This document shows, piece by piece, positions 14,618-20,371 of a DNA stretch of 20,371 nt; within the stretch, counting starts at the first letter, position 1, and each line of letters begins with the position of its first letter. This DNA comes from Candidatus Thorarchaeota archaeon. Lineage in GTDB: Archaea > Asgardarchaeota > Thorarchaeia > Thorarchaeales > Thorarchaeaceae. The position numbers were made by a program, and so were the translations under genes. The stretch spans positions 35,736 to 56,106 of the forward strand of contig JBHLQM010000014.1 in assembly GCA_048884785.1 (NCBI GenBank), in the 5' to 3' direction. Under the pieces are notes generated by a model, which was not told where the DNA came from, did no database searches, and was given only the letters and a program-made list of their open reading frames with translations.

Positions 14618-16441
14618 TTATTCAATCCATTCACTCTTCTTTCTAATTGTATAGCCTCCAATAGCAACTGTGACAGCTGCACTAATAGTGCCCACTATTA
14701 AAGCTGGAATGAGGTCTGGAGGACTAGTTGTTTCTGTTTCTTCACCTATGTTATCATAGTCGAAACCACGAAAATACGCATCATTTCTGGTTAACTCTGT
14801 AAATTCACCTTCGATATATTCTGATACATTGAATGGACCTGATGTAACCATTTCATCTTCTGGAGGATGCGGGTTCCATGTGTTCCAGCCATCAAGACCT
14901 ATTTCTTTAAACTCATGCTTAGGGATAATTGGTATGTTTGCAACAGAACTTAGATGCCAATATGATTCCGAATTAAATTCAATTATCACTTGGTAAGGTG
15001 TGAGTGCATACGCCGCAGTCATATCTACTAAAGCAAGTCCAAGAGGATTGCCTAATGTATCTCTATAATAATTCAAGCTGAAAGCTACATCTTCACCAGT
15101 AAGAGGAGTGCCATCAGTCCACGATGCATTCTGAACTATATCGAATACGATTCTTGTATAACCTGCAGGAACGTGTGGATAATCATCATGAGTCAACATT
15201 GTATAACTTTCACATAGCCAATTCATGTTATTGCCATATGGATCTACAATGATAAGCGAGTCATAGAGTTCACTTAGTATACCACCTACATAAGTGGTCA
15301 TAAAGTTAAAAGTTGATTGTGTGCTCTGGGTGCCACATCGAATAGTACCACCAAACGGTCCACCAAGCTCTTCCTTCAGTTTTACCTGATAGCAGGTCCA
15401 CCAGTACTCACCCTGCAAGTCAATAAAATTCTCAAACCGGTCTGTTCGATATGCATTAATAAAGATGTTCTCATAGCACACTATCCATGGGCATTCATAG
15501 ACTATGATCTTCTGCAATTCCATTGCAGCTTCATAGACGTCGTCGTAAGTTATGGAATTGATTAATCTGTCAGCCCAATAATCAGCGGATTCGTTCCGGA
15601 AATTTGATGGATTTAGGAGTGGAGTATCGGCGTATTTTGAGTGAAAGTCAGAGGACAACCAATCACAGTCATAATATCTACCAAAATCAATGCCACAGAA
15701 TACAATATCGAAATCACCATGATAATGAAGTCTATTCAAGAACTCGTAGAAATCAGTAATCTTAGAAACTGCATCAATCGCCATCGCAAGCAGCGCATCT
15801 CTTGTTCGGTCGCCAACCTGAGTAGCAACTTCGGATGAATGAGCACACTCAATGGTCACCTGAAAATCTGAGCCATCGGGAGCCTCTCGGAATTCATCAT
15901 AATCAACATCTAGGAAACCCGATTCATCAAGCAGTTTCTTTCCTAACTCCAAGTTAGATTCATAATACGTGTAAGGGAGCATACCTTCAATTGACCATGG
16001 GCTGACACAAGGAACGACTGAGTCCTGAGCCTGTGAAAGTCCATTGAATAAGTCATCAGAGATTGCCTCTTTGTCTATGGCAAATGCAAGTGCTCTTCGA
16101 AAGGCAGTAATGTTGTATGGATATTTATCACAATTTATCGTAAGAACTCCATATCCATTCCTTAGGGATGTAGATGTAGCGATGTCCTCAGCTTCGGATA
16201 GGGTTTCAAATTCATTTACGTCAAGCTTCCCATATGACATGTCGATTTCATTGTCAAGCAAAGCGAGAACATGGTCACTCATTACATGAAAGGCAATTTT
16301 CTCTATGTAAGGTCCTTTTGTTGAAAACGACAATTCTGTTTGAGATTGGACAAATAAAGGAGAAACATACATCAAGAATAAAAATAGAATTAGCGCAAAA
16401 CGTTCTCCGGAAAGTGGATCGATTTTACTCATGGTCAGCAT
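14618..16441 (-). CDS. Family-5 (OppA/DppA-like) ABC substrate-binding protein, circularly permuted, C-terminally anchored
   Basis: FRRALAFAIDK, KKLLDESGF, GGTIRCG, LYDSL, WTDGTPLTGEDVAFS and SGPF motifs; N-terminal hydrophobic signal and C-terminal TM plus RKK. Confidence 0.9.
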   Translation of the reverse strand: MLTMSKIDPLSGERFALILFLFLMYVSPLFVQSQTELSFSTKGPYIEKIAFHVMSDHVLALLDNEIDMSYGKLDVNEFETLSEAEDIATSTSLRNGYGVLTINCDKYPYNITAFRRALAFAIDKEAISDDLFNGLSQAQDSVVPCVSPWSIEGMLPYTYYESNLELGKKLLDESGFLDVDYDEFREAPDGSDFQVTIECAHSSEVATQVGDRTRDALLAMAIDAVSKITDFYEFLNRLHYHGDFDIVFCGIDFGRYYDCDWLSSDFHSKYADTPLLNPSNFRNESADYWADRLINSITYDDVYEAAMELQKIIVYECPWIVCYENIFINAYRTDRFENFIDLQGEYWWTCYQVKLKEELGGPFGGTIRCGTQSTQSTFNFMTTYVGGILSELYDSLIIVDPYGNNMNWLCESYTMLTHDDYPHVPAGYTRIVFDIVQNASWTDGTPLTGEDVAFSLNYYRDTLGNPLGLALVDMTAAYALTPYQVIIEFNSESYWHLSSVANIPIIPKHEFKEIGLDGWNTWNPHPPEDEMVTSGPFNVSEYIEGEFTELTRNDAYFRGFDYDNIGEETETTSPPDLIPALIVGTISAAVTVAIGGYTIRKKSEWIE

Positions 16442-16565
16442 CCTCTAATCTCAATTCATCCCGCGACTCTTGTGTTCTAGAAGCAATGTTCTTCTGGAAT
16501 ATTAAATGATATGAAGATTGAATGAATTGCTAATTATTTGAGTAAATTGGAGAAATCAACAGTGG

Positions 16566-18047
16566 CTAAATCAATAGTTCTGGAAGCATCAATTTAACCA
16601 TATTTTCGAGATACTGAAGGCCTGGAAACTTCGAAGTCTTTAGAACTTCTTTGATAAGCTTCTTTGATTGGGTAAATTGTGCCTGTTTGAAAAGAAACTT
16701 TGCTCTAAGCAGCTTGGATTGGGCATCTATACCAGGGAGGTCTTTCTTTGCAACAAGGTCCAGCAACTTCTTCATCCAAGGACCAGATGATTCTAGTTTT
16801 TCATTCGTTGTTTTATATGAGAAGGATTCAATCTCAATATCCGTAAGATGTATTAGTGTAATGTTAACAAACGCTTGAGAATAATATCTCTCAAAAATAT
16901 CAAGAGCGTTCTCAAGAGTGTAGGATGCAGAAGCAAACTCATGCCGAGATTTTTCAATCAACCCTTCAACAAAGTAAGTCAGACCTAGTCGTACTTCATC
17001 ATCACTTTTTAGCACAAGTTCCTTGGCTTTTGTGATACTTTTTTCTGCTTCATCAATTCTATCAAGATTTACCAGTGCCCATGCTTCGTGGATGAGGGTG
17101 AAAAGGATATTACCTCTATCTATTTCCTGTCGAGTACCAGTAATCAGTTCTAGAGCTTTGGCTCCATCCCCCATCATATTATACAGCTGGGCAATAAGAG
17201 TTGAGGGATACCCACTGGGGAATCGCAAACTTGAGTGTACCTGAAGGTATCTATCTTGGTAATGAACACCAAGATTAAACTCCCCTTTTGCCATTGCGAT
17301 ATGTCCCAAGTTAAGATCATTGTCTGCGACCCCCGCAATAAAACCAAATCTTTCACAGACCTCTCGGTGCACTTCGAGGATACTCAGAGCCTCGTCAATA
17401 TTTATTCTTTTCACTAGATTTGCTTTCTGAGCCAGAAGACTCGTATAATCCAATATATTGTCATGCTCTTTTGCTTGTATTATTGCTTGGTTGAACATTT
17501 TTATTGCTTCATTAACACTACGCTCTCCGCTTAGTCTATTTGCCCTGATACTATATAGATATGATAGAAAGAAGCTCAAGTCATGGTCAATCTCAATCTT
17601 CGATTCTAGAATGCCAAGCGCTCTAGAATCAGTAGAACTTTCAGGATATAGGCCTTCTACAAATCGTTTCCAACCCATATAGATATGACATGTAATCCAG
17701 TCTCCTTGAGAAGCTTCAATAGCTTCAGCAATGGCTTTCCGAAACTCTCTCCATTCAACATGTAAACCACGAATTGTTTGAACTGAAAGAAGAAGTGGTT
17801 TAGCTAGGACCGAATACTTTCTTGCTTCCTGTAATTTATCGATGAGGTTGAATTTGCTTTGATTGAATGAAAAGAAATATGCAAAATATATGGCGAGTGG
17901 AGTAAATGATTCAACGCAAGCCCTATTGCACAGAATCTCAGCAAAGTCATCCAAGTCTTTTGCCTCATCCATGATAGATTGTAGTATATTCCGTGTTTCC
18001 TCATCGACATGCGGGAAGCAAGCTGTTATCGTGCCAAGTGGCTTCAC
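16566..18047 (-). CDS. TPR-like alpha-helical repeat protein
   Basis: Repeated TPR-type helices (NLGHIAMAKGEF, IAQLYNMMGDGAKAL, LGLTYFVEG). GTG at 18047 preferred because GAGG lies upstream; the ORF is open to 18122. Confidence 0.8.
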   Translation of the reverse strand: MKPLGTITACFPHVDEETRNILQSIMDEAKDLDDFAEILCNRACVESFTPLAIYFAYFFSFNQSKFNLIDKLQEARKYSVLAKPLLLSVQTIRGLHVEWREFRKAIAEAIEASQGDWITCHIYMGWKRFVEGLYPESSTDSRALGILESKIEIDHDLSFFLSYLYSIRANRLSGERSVNEAIKMFNQAIIQAKEHDNILDYTSLLAQKANLVKRINIDEALSILEVHREVCERFGFIAGVADNDLNLGHIAMAKGEFNLGVHYQDRYLQVHSSLRFPSGYPSTLIAQLYNMMGDGAKALELITGTRQEIDRGNILFTLIHEAWALVNLDRIDEAEKSITKAKELVLKSDDEVRLGLTYFVEGLIEKSRHEFASASYTLENALDIFERYYSQAFVNITLIHLTDIEIESFSYKTTNEKLESSGPWMKKLLDLVAKKDLPGIDAQSKLLRAKFLFKQAQFTQSKKLIKEVLKTSKFPGLQYLENMVKLMLPELLI

Positions 18048-18260
18048 TCCGTCAGACCTCAAAGTAACGAGATTGATATAATACAGCTGGCCATCCACAT
18101 CAATCTTTTGGGAACAGCACACCTCTCAACAAGAAAGCACATCCAGTCAGACATGAAGGGAGAGAATCCCACAGCCTTATACAGTTCGGGTCTGTGCTCT
18201 CGGTCATATACTAACCTGTAACTTGAATCTGAGGGATATACCCTGGAAAAATGAGAAAAG

Positions 18261-18367
18261 TGGTGCCGCGGGCCGGATGTTCACCGATTCTGGAAATCAA
18301 AATCGGATTTGAACCGGCGACGACACGGTCTTCAGCCGTGCGATCTCCCTGGCTAATCTACCGCGGC
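18261..18367 (-). tRNA. tRNA-Phe(GAA) with a 30-nt intron at 59/60 (18278-18307), encoded CCA
   Basis: GCCGCGG/CCGCGGC-A-CCA acceptor and CACGG-CTGAAGA-CCGTG anticodon arm. Strict BHB: central helix TTCA/TGAA, bulges AAT and CAT. Confidence 0.95.
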
Positions 18368-18392
18368 TCAATTTTAGTACCGTTTTCTACGC

Positions 18393-18401
18393 GATATAAA
18401 G
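18393..18401 (-). promoter_or_regulatory. TATA box of tRNA-Phe
   Basis: TTTATAT on the minus strand; first T is 33 nt upstream of the tRNA. Confidence 0.65.
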
Positions 18402-18414
18402 CTAACTCCGAGTT

Positions 18415-18933
18415 CTAGCGTATCTTGTAGTTCATGTAGGATGCAACAAGAGCAGTTAGAATTGCTGCGATGTTGACTCCTAGAGGATAAACCAGAAGTG
18501 AATCAAGGAACGAGATTGTTGCAAGCCATTGGGGCAAATTCGTCGATTCTGAAATACCAAATGGTACAAAGTACAACATTAGAAAGATACAGGTTGTTAG
18601 AGCCACACCTGCGAATGCTGGCATGTCTGTAGTAAATCGAGCAAACTCAGAGATTCGAGTGATCCAGTTCGATTGAGCCCTCTGTCTCTTCCTTACTTTC
18701 CTCTTGGACATAATGTGAGCCCATCGGTACATAGCCTCAGCCATGATAACATAGGCTCCACCAAGCACTGCCATCGCTCCAAGTGCTACAATAAGCTGCA
18801 GTTCTGCACTTAGAACCTGAACATACCTTGCTGCATGCCACATCAAAGGAATCTGAACAAATCCCGCAATTCCAAGGAATATGAGGATTAGTCCTGGCTT
18901 GCTGCCGCGTTTCCACCATACTGCGAGGCTCAT
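18415..18933 (-). CDS. Hypothetical membrane protein
   Basis: 4 TM segments with a highly basic loop (KRKVRKRQR). Confidence 0.75.
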   Translation of the reverse strand: MSLAVWWKRGSKPGLILIFLGIAGFVQIPLMWHAARYVQVLSAELQLIVALGAMAVLGGAYVIMAEAMYRWAHIMSKRKVRKRQRAQSNWITRISEFARFTTDMPAFAGVALTTCIFLMLYFVPFGISESTNLPQWLATISFLDSLLVYPLGVNIAAILTALVASYMNYKIR

Positions 18934-18963
18934 GATTATCTACCTGGTTCCTGAGGTGTCCGC

Positions 18964-19554
18964 TCAGACATTTGGTCTGCTCTTTAAGCTTTTGGAACCT
19001 GTTATTTCAAACCAATATCCATTGTCCTTTCTTTCAATTATCTCGAACCCGGTTTTTAGAAGTATGGATGCAATGCTCTCAATGGACTGATTTTGACGCC
19101 CTCGAACACTATATCCAATTCTCGAGACAGTTCCATCTGGTAAAATGAAGTCAGCTAAGAAAACGAGTTTATCATAGTCATCGTCTATTCGACTTGCCTT
19201 GATATAGACCAGACCATCTGGCTTGAGAACACGATAAACCTCTTCTAAGACCCTAACCTTTGTTTCATGGTCCCTCATATATCCGAGCGAGAAAAACAAG
19301 GTGGCAATATCAAAAGAATGGCTAGCAAAGCAGAGTGTTTGCCCATCGCATGTGAACCAATTTGATAAAGAGCCGTGAATCATTGCCTCCCGAATTTTTG
19401 CAAAATTGATGTCTACCGCACAGACTCTTGATCCCTCCATTCTCGATACTAACCCTTCACTACCACCTCCAACATCAATTACAAGACCCCTCAACGGTAG
19501 TAATGGGAGATGGATTTCTTGAATCGGGGTTTCAAATACTGAATACTTGCTCAT
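18964..19554 (-). CDS. Class I SAM-dependent methyltransferase
   Basis: VIDVGGGSEG, AVDIN, SFDI and EVYRVLKPDG motifs. ATG at 19554 avoids overlap with the upstream gene. Confidence 0.9.
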   Translation of the reverse strand: MSKYSVFETPIQEIHLPLLPLRGLVIDVGGGSEGLVSRMEGSRVCAVDINFAKIREAMIHGSLSNWFTCDGQTLCFASHSFDIATLFFSLGYMRDHETKVRVLEEVYRVLKPDGLVYIKASRIDDDYDKLVFLADFILPDGTVSRIGYSVRGRQNQSIESIASILLKTGFEIIERKDNGYWFEITGSKSLKSRPNV

Positions 19555-19570
19555 CGGAAGAATCTCCGAG

Positions 19571-20200
19571 CTATTCCTCTTCTTCATTCTCAAGGAATTC
19601 CTCAAGCTCACCCATCAGCCTAACAATCTCTGGAACAACTTCTAGAGCTTTGTCATACGCTTCCTCGGCTTGCCTCTCTCGACCTGTTCTGTAATAGAGT
19701 TGTATGAGATTAATCCATGCTACCATATGATTCGCACCAATCTCAATTGCACGCTTCAAGGATTCTTCCGCTTCTTCTAAATTTCCTTCTGTTGATAGAG
19801 CAATTCCCAAATTACACCATGCATCTGCTTCCTCAGGGTTGTTTTCCAAGGCTTTTCTGAACGCATTAATTGCATCTTCATTTCTATCAAGCAGATTCAG
19901 AAGGCAACCCAAATTGTACCACAGATCTGCATGTGTAGCATCTTGCTCGAGGCCAGCTCTAAATGCTTCCTCCGCCTCCTCATTCCTATTCATATAGAGA
20001 AGACTAGCTCCAAGTTCTTGCCAATAATCAGGATTTGTATTGTCTATTTCAATAGCTGCTCGATAGGCAATCTCAGCATGAGTGAGTTGATTCTCACGAA
20101 ATAGTTTCAAACCAAGATTATACCACCCCTCTGCACTGTCTGGTTCGTATCCTAACTCCTCCAGTGCCGGTAGCAGGTCTTCTTTGTTTGATGCGTCCAA
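19571..20200 (-). CDS. Tetratricopeptide repeat protein
   Basis: About five canonical TPRs (WYNLG, WQELG, WYNLG, WCNLG, WINL); TTG start after GGTGA. Confidence 0.92.
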   Translation of the reverse strand: MDASNKEDLLPALEELGYEPDSAEGWYNLGLKLFRENQLTHAEIAYRAAIEIDNTNPDYWQELGASLLYMNRNEEAEEAFRAGLEQDATHADLWYNLGCLLNLLDRNEDAINAFRKALENNPEEADAWCNLGIALSTEGNLEEAEESLKRAIEIGANHMVAWINLIQLYYRTGRERQAEEAYDKALEVVPEIVRLMGELEEFLENEEEE

Positions 20201-20371
20201 TCACCAACCTCCATGTGGATGTGCACATGTTTTTCATTAATTACTTTCAAATCGATGGATACAAGGTTTCAAAAAAACTAGCTGATACGTTTCAGATACA
20301 CCTAGAATCTTCAATATACCAAACTGATGCGCTCAGTTAGTTCAATTCTTCTCTTGTCAGAGAGTTGATAT

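Larger units (their letters stand above)
11899..18260 (-). mobile_element. Putative tRNA-Phe-anchored genomic island / cassette array (~6.4 kb, no integrase in window)
   Basis: Bounded by the tRNA-Phe 3' end and a distal repeat of it, with two more internal copies; all long ORFs are co-oriented with the tRNA. Confidence 0.65.

Overview
Archaeal chromosomal segment, probably Asgard (Thorarchaeia-like). This is inferred from BHB-intron tRNAs, TATA boxes, and many exported proteins with a C-terminal membrane anchor. It carries about 22 CDS: nitroreductase, acyltransferase-3, beta-lactamase-like serine hydrolase, pyrE, two tandem ferritin-like paralogues, CPBP protease, dut, a MerB-like protein, a family-5 solute-binding protein, two TPR proteins, a SAM methyltransferase and hypotheticals. 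There are three minus-strand tRNAs: Gly-GCC with two non-canonical introns, Val-GAC, and Phe-GAA with a T-loop intron. The most notable structure is a ~6.4 kb region between tRNA-Phe and dut. Three identical copies of a tRNA 3'-end mimic (T-arm, acceptor 3' strand and CCA) divide it into co-oriented gene cassettes. The mimic's T-stem differs from the resident tRNA-Phe by compensatory changes, and no integrase is in the window. Other highlights are apparently ordered splicing of the tRNA-Gly introns, a circularly permuted OppA/DppA-type protein, a MerB fused to a winged helix, ferritin-like paralogues lacking iron ligands, and a two-sided ORB-like element beside an AT-rich tract. All calls are by eye; no searches were run.
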